64,000 nt of DNA. Origin: an uncultured Bordetella sp. (GTDB lineage: Bacteria; Pseudomonadota; Gammaproteobacteria; Burkholderiales; SG8-39). The stretch is from assembly GCA_964564865.1 (NCBI GenBank), contig CAZMDA010000002.1, forward strand, positions 33,375-97,374, in the 5' to 3' direction. Positions 7,114 to 14,370 of the stretch are shown here, in pieces. Below the pieces are notes generated by a model. It ran no database searches. It was not told the DNA's origin and worked only from the letters and a program-made list of their open reading frames with translations. The stretch's first letter is position 1; each line of letters begins with the position of its first letter. Made by a program: the position numbers and the translations under genes.

Positions 7114-8369
7114 TTCTGGCCCAGGCGGCGAAAGAGCTTGCGCGCCGGGTAGGGCAGGGCGGCGGCGCCCAGCGCTTCCTCGATGCGCAGGCCCTCGTTC
7201 CATTTCGCCATGCGCTCGGAGCGGGCGAAGCTGCCCACCTTGAGCTGCGGCACGCCCCAGCCCACGGCGAGGTGCACGATGGACACGTCCTCGGTCTCGC
7301 CGGAGCGCGCCGAGACGATGGCGCCGTAGCCGGCCGCCTTCGCCGCCTCCCAGCAGGCGAGGGTCTCGGTGAGGGTGCCGACCTGGTTGGGCTTGAGGAG
7401 CACGGTGTTGCAGGCGCCCTGCCCCGCGGCGGCGGCGACGCGCGCGGCGCTGGTGACGAAGAAGTCGTCGCCCACTACCTGCACCCGGCTGCCGGCGGTG
7501 CGGGTGAAGGAGGCCATGGCCTCGGCGTCGTGCTCGGCGAACGGGTCCTCGATGGACACGATCGGGTAGCGCTCGATCCACGAGAGCAGCATGGCGTGCA
7601 ATTGCTCGGCCGAGAGGCTGCGGTTCTCGACCGCGAGCCGGTAGCGGCCGTCCCGGTAGAACTGGTTGGCGGCGATGTCGAGCGCGATGGCGGCGTCCGT
7701 GCCGGGCTTGAAGCCGGCGTCGGCAATCGCGCCGGTCAGTTCGGCAAGGCCTTCCTCGTTGGACTTGAAGGCCGGCCACCAGCCGCCCTCGTCGGCCACG
7801 CCCTGCAGCGCGCCCTTCTTCGCCATCCGGGCGCCGGCGGCGCGGTAGATCTCCGCGGTCCATTCCAGGCTCTCGGCGAAGCTGCCGGCGCCGGTGCAGA
7901 TCACCATGTAGTCCTGGATGTCGACGCGCGCGCCGGCGTGCGCGCCGCCGCCGAAGACCTGGATCTGCGGCACCGGCAGCGCCACCTTGCGCTCGCCTGC
8001 CAGGTGCTGCCACAGGGGTCTCCTCGCCGCCGCCGCGGCCGCGTGGGCGCAGGCGAGGGACACCGCCACGATCGCGTTGCCGCCCAGCCGGCTGCGGTCG
8101 GCGGTGCCGTCCAGCTTCACCAGCCGCTCGTCCAGCGTCGCCTGGTCGCGCGGATCGCTGCCGATGAGCGCGGTGCGGATGCGGCCGTTGATCGCCGCCA
8201 CCGCCTTGGCCACGTCGATGCTCTTCGCCTCGCCGGCGCCGGTGGAGGCGCCCGCCGGGGCGATGGCGCGGCCCTGCTTGCCGTTCTTGAGCGTGATCTC
8301 CGCCTCGACGGTGGGGCGGCCGCGGGAATCCCAGACCTTGCGGCCGCGGATGTCTACGATGGTTGCCAT
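7110..8369 (-). CDS. enolase family protein (divergent phosphopyruvate hydratase paralog)
   Basis: 419-aa ORF. Enolase blocks present: DSRGRPTVEAE, GASTG, VADEGG, SIEDPFAE, VVGDDFFVT, LLKPNQVGT, SARSGETED, LKVGSFARSERMAKWN, LRIEEALG. Confidence 0.85.
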   Translation of the reverse strand: MATIVDIRGRKVWDSRGRPTVEAEITLKNGKQGRAIAPAGASTGAGEAKSIDVAKAVAAINGRIRTALIGSDPRDQATLDERLVKLDGTADRSRLGGNAIVAVSLACAHAAAAAARRPLWQHLAGERKVALPVPQIQVFGGGAHAGARVDIQDYMVICTGAGSFAESLEWTAEIYRAAGARMAKKGALQGVADEGGWWPAFKSNEEGLAELTGAIADAGFKPGTDAAIALDIAANQFYRDGRYRLAVENRSLSAEQLHAMLLSWIERYPIVSIEDPFAEHDAEAMASFTRTAGSRVQVVGDDFFVTSAARVAAAAGQGACNTVLLKPNQVGTLTETLACWEAAKAAGYGAIVSARSGETEDVSIVHLAVGWGVPQLKVGSFARSERMAKWNEGLRIEEALGAAALPYPARKLFRRLGQK

Positions 8370-9337
8370 GCCTGCCTGACCTGGTTGAGGTTCATGGGGG
8401 CGTCGCGCAGCAGCGCGCCGGCGACGGCGCGCACGCGGGCCTTCTGCTCATCGCGCTCGAGATACTCCACGGGCGACTTGCCGTCCACGCGCGCGAGCAG
8501 CAGGCCGGGGAGCAGCGAGGCGGCGCGGGCTTCCGCCGCGCCGGCCGGCTCCCAGTGCACGCCGGCGAGGTACGCCGCGCGCAGCGCGTCGAAAGATGCC
8601 AGGTAGGCAGTGGCGTGCTGCGGCCGCCACAGGCACTTCAGCAGCAGGTGGTTGAGGCAGAAGGCGAGGTCGAAGGCGGGATCGCCGTACCAGGCGCATT
8701 CCGCGTCCAGGAACACCGGGCCGCCGCGTCGCTCGCTGCCGCCGACCAGGATGTTCTTCGGGCTGACGTCGCCGTGCACCAGCGCGAGGCGCGTGGCGGC
8801 GGTTCGTTCCGCCAGCCGCGCCAGCTGCGCCGCATGCGCCGGGTGCGCGCGCGCCGTGGCGAGCAGGTAGGGCTCCAGCCGGATGGCGTGGAAGTTGGCG
8901 TCGGTGGCGAAGGCCCGCGCGATGTCCCCGCGTCCCGCGGTGGCGGCATGGATCGCGGCCAGGTCGCCGCCGACCCGGGCGGCGAAGGCGGGATCGGCGC
9001 GCCCGTCGCGCAGCTCGGCCTTCCACAGCGGCAGCCCGCCCAGGTCCTCCATGGCGAAGACGCCGGCCTCGTCGTGCGCGAGCACCCGCGGCGCGGCGCC
9101 CGGCACGGCGGCACGGGCCGCCTCCATCCAGCGCCACTCGAAGCGGTTGCGCTCCACCGGGGCTTCCCACACCTGCGCCACGCGCAGGCGCGCCAGCGCC
9201 TGCTTGACCACGATCGGCGCGCCGCCGCGCGGGCGCACGCGCCAGATGTCGGAGGACACGCCGCCGGCGAGGGCCTCGGCGGTCGGCGCCTCGTCCGCGG
9301 CCAGCAGGCCGCTCGCGCGCAGGAACGCCTGCACGCG
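8354..9337 (-). CDS. aminoglycoside phosphotransferase (APH)/methylthioribose-kinase-like small-molecule kinase; start uncertain
   Basis: Catalytic loop HGDVSPKNILV and metal-binding FLDAECAWYGDPAFDLAF. Nucleotide-loop region LAGGVSSDIWRV. GTG 9337 sits 1 nt after the pdxH stop. Alternative in-frame starts are TTG 9358 and ATG 9409. The 3' end overlaps the enolase-like start by 16 nt. Confidence 0.75.
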   Translation of the reverse strand, partial: RVQAFLRASGLLAADEAPTAEALAGGVSSDIWRVRPRGGAPIVVKQALARLRVAQVWEAPVERNRFEWRWMEAARAAVPGAAPRVLAHDEAGVFAMEDLGGLPLWKAELRDGRADPAFAARVGGDLAAIHAATAGRGDIARAFATDANFHAIRLEPYLLATARAHPAHAAQLARLAERTAATRLALVHGDVSPKNILVGGSERRGGPVFLDAECAWYGDPAFDLAFCLNHLLLKCLWRPQHATAYLASFDALRAAYLAGVHWEPAGAAEARAASLLPGLLLARVDGKSPVEYLERDEQKARVRAVAGALLRDAPMNLNQVRQAWQPS

Positions 9338-9338
9338 G

Positions 9339-9980
9339 TCAGGGAGCAAGGCGCTCAACGGTCCAGGCGGAAGCGGCCGCAGGATCCGGGCGGTACAGCA
9401 GGCGGTCATGGAGCCGGTTCTCGCGGCCCTGCCAGAACTCGATCCGGGAGGGCAGCACGCGGTAGCCGCCCCAGTGCGCCGGTCGCGGCGGGTTGTCGCC
9501 GTGCCGCGCTTTCTGCTCGGCCACGGCGCGCTCGAGCGCCTCGCGCCCCGGCACCACGGCGCTCTGCGTCGAGGCGTGCGCCGAGAGCCGGGCGCCGAGG
9601 GGGCGGCTGGCGAAGTACGCATCGGAGGCCGCCTCCGGCACCTTCTCCACCCGGCCCTCGATGCGCACCTGGCGCTCCAGCGGCGCCCAGAGGAAGACGA
9701 GGCACGCCTGCGGCCGCGCGGCAAGCTGGCGGCCCTTGCGGCTGTCGTAGTTGGTGTAGAAGACGAAGGCGCCGTCCTCGACGCCCTTGAGCAGGACGAT
9801 GCGCGCATCCGGCTCGCCCGAACCGGACACCGTGGCGAGCGTCATGGCGTTGGCGAGCGGCAGCTCCGCCGCGAGGGCCTCCCTGAACCAGAGCCCGAAC
9901 TGCGCCAGCGGATCGGGCAGGGCGTCGGCCTCGGCCAGCCCGGCGCGCATGTATTCCTGCCTCAGGTCCGCGATGTTCAC
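9339..9980 (-). CDS. pdxH: pyridoxamine 5'-phosphate oxidase
   Basis: 213-aa ORF with GTG start. PdxH-like throughout: ..[21 protein letters not shown].., [25 protein letters not shown], and the C-terminal RLAP ending. Confidence 0.9.
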   Translation of the reverse strand: MNIADLRQEYMRAGLAEADALPDPLAQFGLWFREALAAELPLANAMTLATVSGSGEPDARIVLLKGVEDGAFVFYTNYDSRKGRQLAARPQACLVFLWAPLERQVRIEGRVEKVPEAASDAYFASRPLGARLSAHASTQSAVVPGREALERAVAEQKARHGDNPPRPAHWGGYRVLPSRIEFWQGRENRLHDRLLYRPDPAAASAWTVERLAP

Positions 9981-9990
9981 CGGCGGATTT

Positions 9991-9996
9991 TATAAT
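9991..9996 (+). promoter_or_regulatory. perfect TATAAT hexamer 7 nt upstream of the MBL hydrolase GTG (possible -10 of a leaderless transcript)
   Basis: Read directly from the sequence. I found no convincing -35 element at 17-nt spacing. Confidence 0.3.
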
Positions 9997-10002
9997 GCGG
10001 CG

Positions 10003-10950
10003 GTGAAGCCCCCCTCGGTGTTCCACTACGGCGCCGGCATCTGCGCCGTGGACAGCGTGTTCGATCGCGAGCAGCAGACCGCGATCCACCTCGTGGTCGA
10101 GGGCGGGCGCGCGGCGATCGTGGACACCGGCACCGCGCGCGCCGCGCCCCTGGCGCTCGCCGCCCTGGCGCAGCAGGGGATCGGGCCCGATGCGGTGGAC
10201 TACGTCGTCCTCACCCACGTCCACCTGGACCACGCCGGCGGCGCCGGCGTGCTCATGGCGCAATGTCCCAATGCGCGGCTTACCGTGCACCCCAGGGGTG
10301 CGCGGCACGTCATCGACCCGTCCCGTCTCCACGCGGCGACAGTGGCGATCTATGGCGAGGCGGAGACGCGCCGGATCTACGGCACGATCCTGCCGGTGGC
10401 GCGCGAGCGGGTGCTGGAGACCCCCGAGGGCGCCGATATCGCCCTTGCCGGGCGAAGGCTGCGGTTCCTGGATGCGCCGGGCCATGCACGCCACCATGTC
10501 GTCGTGCAGGACGAGGCCACCGGCCACCTGTTCGCCGGGGACAGCTTCGGCCTGTCCTACCGGGAGCTGGACGCCGGCGGCCGCCAGTTCGCCTTCCCGA
10601 CCACCAGCCCGTCGCAGTTCGACCCCCCGGCCCTGCGCCGCACGCTGGAGCGCATGCTTGCCCTGGCGCCGGAGGCGATCTATGTCGCGCACTTCGGGCA
10701 GGTGCGGGACGCGGCGCGCCTCGGCGCCGACCTGCTGCGCCTGGTGGAGGCGCATGCCGCGCTCGGCGAGCGCTGCCGGGGCGCGGGCGAGCGCCGGTTC
10801 CCGCTGCTGAAAGAAGGCGTTACCGCGCTGGTGCTGGCCGAGCGGGCGCGCCAGGGATGGGCGGTTTCGGAGCAGCAGGCGCTGGAAATCTTCGCGCTGG
10901 ACATCGAACTGAACGCGCAGGGCCTCGACGCCTGGCTCGGCGCCGAGTGA
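10003..10950 (+). CDS. MBL-fold metallo-hydrolase
   Basis: HxHxDH motif (THVHLDHAGG), later HARHH and FAGD. In-frame GTG 10003 was chosen. ATG 9973 is also in frame but would overlap the divergent pdxH start. Confidence 0.75.
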   Translation: MKPPSVFHYGAGICAVDSVFDREQQTAIHLVVEGGRAAIVDTGTARAAPLALAALAQQGIGPDAVDYVVLTHVHLDHAGGAGVLMAQCPNARLTVHPRGARHVIDPSRLHAATVAIYGEAETRRIYGTILPVARERVLETPEGADIALAGRRLRFLDAPGHARHHVVVQDEATGHLFAGDSFGLSYRELDAGGRQFAFPTTSPSQFDPPALRRTLERMLALAPEAIYVAHFGQVRDAARLGADLLRLVEAHAALGERCRGAGERRFPLLKEGVTALVLAERARQGWAVSEQQALEIFALDIELNAQGLDAWLGAE

Positions 10951-11085
10951 AAAAACGCCACGTTTCCCTCTGAAACGATTGACATGCTCCGCCGGATTCG
11001 GCATCGTTGCGGCTCCGCTGCAGCAGTGCGGAGTGCATCACGGGATCCCAACGTTCCGTATCGATCGATTCAGAGGAGAAATCAG

Positions 11086-11373
11086 ATGGCGAAGAAGAAG
11101 GCGAAGAAGGCCGGCAAGAAGCGCAAGCCCAATGCGGCGTTCATGAAGCCGATGACCCCGACCGCGACCCTCGCGGCCGTGATCGGCGGCAGCGCGATGC
11201 CGCGCACCGAAGTCACCAAGAAGATCTGGGCCTACATCAAGCGCAACGGCCTGCAGGACAAGAAGAACCGCCGCAACATCAACGCCGACGAGAAGCTCAA
11301 GCCGGTGTTCGGCGGCAAGTCGACCGTCTCGATGTTCGAGATGACCAAGCTGGTCAACAAGCACCTGAAGTAA
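11086..11373 (+). CDS. SWIB/MDM2 domain-containing protein
   Basis: ATG 11086 is preceded by GAGGAG. Lys-rich N-terminus MAKKKAKKAGKKRKPN, then a typical SWIB block: PRTEVTKKIWAYIKRNGLQDKKNRRNINADEKLKPVFG. Confidence 0.85.
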   Translation: MAKKKAKKAGKKRKPNAAFMKPMTPTATLAAVIGGSAMPRTEVTKKIWAYIKRNGLQDKKNRRNINADEKLKPVFGGKSTVSMFEMTKLVNKHLK

Positions 11374-11439
11374 CCCCGCACGAGACGCACGGCGACCGGG
11401 GGCCACGAGCCCCCGGTTGCATTTCAGGGGGGGCATCGC

Positions 11440-12009
11440 ATGGCCACGTCCTATTCCATAGCCGATCTCGTGGCGGACCTGCGGCGCATCCGCGCCTCCG
11501 GCGCCGACGAGCGCGAGACCCTGAAGCAGCTGCGGCCGCTCGCCGAGCGCGCCGCCCGGTCGAAGGACGCCTGGCTGGCGAAGCGCCACTACGAGGCCGA
11601 CCCGCAGCAGGGCTTCGGCGTGCACCTGCTGCACGAGGAACCGGACCACAGCCTGGCGGTGTTCGCCATCGCCTGGCTGCCCGACCGCGGCACCCCGCCG
11701 CATGACCACGGCACCTGGGCGGTGGTGGCCGGGGTGGACGGGCAGGAGAAGAACGAGTTCTTCGAGCGCGTGGACGACCGCTCGCAGCCCGGCCACGCCG
11801 AGCTGAAGCGGGTCGCGGGGAAGTCCTTCGACGTCGGCGAGGTGCTCGCCATGCCGGCGGGCACCATCCACAGCGTCTGGAACGAGACCCAGGCGACGAC
11901 CGTGTCGCTGCACATCTACGGCCGGCACATCAACCACACCGCGCGCTCGCAGTTCGACCTGGAGAAGCGGGCCGAGACGCCGTATCTCGTCAAGGTCGCC
12001 GGCCAGTAG
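11440..12009 (+). CDS. cupin / cysteine dioxygenase type I-like metalloprotein
   Basis: 189-aa ORF. Cupin metal motif PPHDHGTWAVV and late TIHSVWN..SLHIYG, resembling the bacterial CDO-like family. Confidence 0.75.
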   Translation: MATSYSIADLVADLRRIRASGADERETLKQLRPLAERAARSKDAWLAKRHYEADPQQGFGVHLLHEEPDHSLAVFAIAWLPDRGTPPHDHGTWAVVAGVDGQEKNEFFERVDDRSQPGHAELKRVAGKSFDVGEVLAMPAGTIHSVWNETQATTVSLHIYGRHINHTARSQFDLEKRAETPYLVKVAGQ

Positions 12010-12017
12010 GCGGGCAA

Positions 12018-12037
12018 ATGTAACCGATCGGTTACAT
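12018..12037. repeat. 20-bp perfect palindrome ATGTAACCGATCGGTTACAT (copy 1)
   Basis: Read directly from the sequence. It starts 9 nt after the cupin gene stop. It is identical to the copies at 13311 and 27364. Confidence 0.95.
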
Positions 12038-12064
12038 CGGGGGCCGGCGGGCGCCCTGGTTGCT

Positions 12065-12106
12065 TTACTCAGGATATTGAGTAAAAATACTCAGTATATT
12101 GAGTAA
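12065..12106 (+). promoter_or_regulatory. AT-rich tandem operator-like element: two inverted repeats TACTCA-N6-TGAGTA spaced 21 bp apart
   Basis: The sequence is TTACTCAGGATATTGAGTAA (12065-12084) followed by TACTCAGTATATTGAGTA (12088-12105). The TTG start of the ATPase gene (12099) lies inside the second repeat. Confidence 0.5.
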
Positions 12107-13301
12107 ATCGTCAAATCCGTACCAACGCCCCCAGGCCGCCCGGCTCGTGCGCCGCCTTGCCGGCCCGCGCCGGTTCCTCCAGGTCATCACCGGCCCGCGC
12201 CAGGTCGGCAAGACCACGCTCGTCCAGCAGGTGACCGAGGCGCTCCGTGTCCCCGTGCGCTACGCCAGCGCCGACGAGCCCATGCTGCGCGGCGCGGACT
12301 GGATCCGCCAGCAGTGGGAGGCGGCGAGGCTGGAAGCCGGCAAGGCGGGCGCCGTGCTGGTGCTGGACGAGATTCAGAAGATTCCCCAGTGGTCCGAGAC
12401 GGTTAAACGGCTGTGGGACGAGGATTCGCGCGCGAAGCGGCCGGTGAAGGCAGTACTGCTGGGCTCGGCGCCGCTGCTGGTCGCGCAGGGCCTGACCGAG
12501 AGCCTGGCGGGGCGCTTCGAGGCGCTGCACCTTCCACATTGGTCCTTCGCCGAGATGCGCGAGGCCTTCGGCTGGTCGGTGGAGGACTACCTCTACTTCG
12601 GCGGCTACCCGGGCGCGGCGCCTCTGATGGCGGAGCCGGAGCGCTGGGCGCGCTATGTCTCCGACAGCCTGATCGAAACCTCGATTTCTCGCGACGTGCT
12701 GCTGCTTACCCGGGTGGACAAGCCGGCGCTGCTGCGCCGGCTGTTCGAGCTGGCCTGCCGCTACTCGGGGCAGGTGCTGTCGTACAACAAGATGCTCGGG
12801 CAGCTTCAGGACGCCGGCAACACCACCACGCTTGCCCACTATCTGGACTTGCTGGCTGGCGCCGGGATGGTCTGCGGCCTGCCCAAGTACGCGGGTGATG
12901 AGGCGCGGAGCCGTGGGTCCAGTCCCAAGCTGCAGGTGCTGAATACGGCGCTGATGACCGCGACCGCGGGTTTGTCGCCTGCTGAAGCTCGGGCAGATCG
13001 GGAGTTCCGGGGGAGGCTGGCGGAGTCTGCGGTTGGGGCGCATCTGGCGAATGCGGCGGCGTCGGGGGCCTGCCGGGTGTGGTACTGGCGGGAACGCAAT
13101 CGGGAGGTGGACTTCATCGTCCAGGCGGGGAGACGGCTGGTGTCGATCGAGGTCAAGAGTGGGCGTGTTCCGGGCGCGCACGCCGGGAGCGCGGCGTTCG
13201 CGGCGCAGTTCAAGGTGCACCGCAGTCTGCTGGTGGGTGGGGACGGGATCGGGCTGGAGGCGTTTCTCGTGCGGCCAGTGGAGCACTGGGTGGGTGCTTG
13301 A
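12099..13301 (+). CDS. AAA+ ATPase with C-terminal DUF4143-like domain (COG1373-type)
   Basis: 400-aa ORF with a TTG start inside the AT-rich tandem repeat. Walker A GPRQVGKTTL, Walker B VLVLDEIQ. C-terminal region ..WRERNREVDFIV..IEVKSG.. is typical of the DUF4143 nuclease-like fold. Confidence 0.85.
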   Translation: MSKSSNPYQRPQAARLVRRLAGPRRFLQVITGPRQVGKTTLVQQVTEALRVPVRYASADEPMLRGADWIRQQWEAARLEAGKAGAVLVLDEIQKIPQWSETVKRLWDEDSRAKRPVKAVLLGSAPLLVAQGLTESLAGRFEALHLPHWSFAEMREAFGWSVEDYLYFGGYPGAAPLMAEPERWARYVSDSLIETSISRDVLLLTRVDKPALLRRLFELACRYSGQVLSYNKMLGQLQDAGNTTTLAHYLDLLAGAGMVCGLPKYAGDEARSRGSSPKLQVLNTALMTATAGLSPAEARADREFRGRLAESAVGAHLANAAASGACRVWYWRERNREVDFIVQAGRRLVSIEVKSGRVPGAHAGSAAFAAQFKVHRSLLVGGDGIGLEAFLVRPVEHWVGA

Positions 13302-13310
13302 GCGGGTGAA

Positions 13311-13330
13311 ATGTAACCGATCGGTTACAT
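13311..13330. repeat. 20-bp perfect palindrome ATGTAACCGATCGGTTACAT (copy 2)
   Basis: Read directly from the sequence. It lies between the stop of the AAA+ ATPase gene (13301) and the convergent fbp stop (13343). Confidence 0.95.
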
Positions 13331-13342
13331 CTGGCGCGCCGC

Positions 13343-14344
13343 TCAGGGGTGGTAGGACGCGACCTTCTCGACCTCGTTCTTCGACCCCAGCACCACCGCG
13401 ATCCGCTGGTGCAGCCCCTTGGGCTGGAGGTCCAGGATCCGGGCCTTGCCCTCGGTCGCCGCGCCGCCCGCCTGCTCGACGATGAACGCCATCGGGTTGG
13501 CCTCGTACATCAGGCGCAGGCGCCCGTCCTTGTTCTTCGCATCCCGCGGGTACATGAAGATGCCGCCGCGCGAGAGCACGCGGAACACGTCCGCCACCAT
13601 CGAGGCCACCCAGCGCATGTTGAAGTCGCGCCCGCGCGGCCCGTCCTTGCCGGCGAGGCACTCGTCGATGTAGCGCTTCACCGGCGCCTCCCAGCGGCGC
13701 ATGTTGGAGGCGTTGATGGCGAACTCCGAGGTTTCCTCGGGGATGCGGATGTCCGGGTGGGTGAGGGCGAAGCTGAAGGTCTCGCGGTCCAGGGTGAAGC
13801 CGTGGGTGCCGTCGCCCACCGTCACCACCAGCACCGTGGTCGGGCCGTAGACGGCGAAGCCGGCCGCGACCTGCCGGTTGCCCGGCTGCAGGAAGGCCTG
13901 CTCGTCGGGCTCGCAGGGCTTGCCGTCGGCGCCGTGCGGGCAGCGCAGCACCGAGAAGATGGTGCCCACCGAGATGTTGACGTCGATGTTGGAGGAGCCG
14001 TCCAGCGGATCGAACAGGAGCAGGTACTCGCCGCGCGGGTAGTGGGTGGGGATCGGGCTGGGGGTCTCCATTTCCTCCGAGGCGAGCGCCGCCAGGTTGC
14101 CGCCCCACTCGTTGGCCTCGAGCAGGATCTCGTTCGACAGCACGTCCAGCGCCTTCTGCGTCTCGCCCTGCACGTTCTCCACGCCGAGCGAGGCGCCGCC
14201 GCCGCCCAGGGTGCCCTTGTTCACCCGCACGCTGATGGCCTTGCAGGCGCGGGCGATGGTTTCGATGAGCAGGCGCAGGTCGGCGTTGATGCGGCCGGCG
14301 CGCTCGCGCTCGATGAGGAACTGCGTCAGTGTGGTGCGTCGCAT
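13343..14344 (-). CDS. fbp: class 1 fructose-1,6-bisphosphatase
   Basis: 333-aa ORF with Fbp blocks: [64 protein letters not shown]. Confidence 0.92.
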   Translation of the reverse strand: MRRTTLTQFLIERERAGRINADLRLLIETIARACKAISVRVNKGTLGGGGASLGVENVQGETQKALDVLSNEILLEANEWGGNLAALASEEMETPSPIPTHYPRGEYLLLFDPLDGSSNIDVNISVGTIFSVLRCPHGADGKPCEPDEQAFLQPGNRQVAAGFAVYGPTTVLVVTVGDGTHGFTLDRETFSFALTHPDIRIPEETSEFAINASNMRRWEAPVKRYIDECLAGKDGPRGRDFNMRWVASMVADVFRVLSRGGIFMYPRDAKNKDGRLRLMYEANPMAFIVEQAGGAATEGKARILDLQPKGLHQRIAVVLGSKNEVEKVASYHP

Positions 14345-14370
14345 GGCCGGATTCTAGCGCCGGGCGGCGA

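Noticed and set aside
12018-13330. Calling the palindrome-flanked ATPase block a mobile element
   Set aside because: No transposase, integrase or terminal inverted repeats of IS type are present, and there is no clear target duplication beyond the palindromes themselves. I kept this as a hypothesis in the findings rather than a feature call.
9406-14108. Long antisense ORFs 9406..11004 (532 aa) and 12111..14108 (665 aa)
   Set aside because: They have no recognisable domains and extreme Arg/Gly/Pro/Ala content. They overlap the motif-supported genes on the other strand (MBL hydrolase; AAA+ ATPase and fbp).
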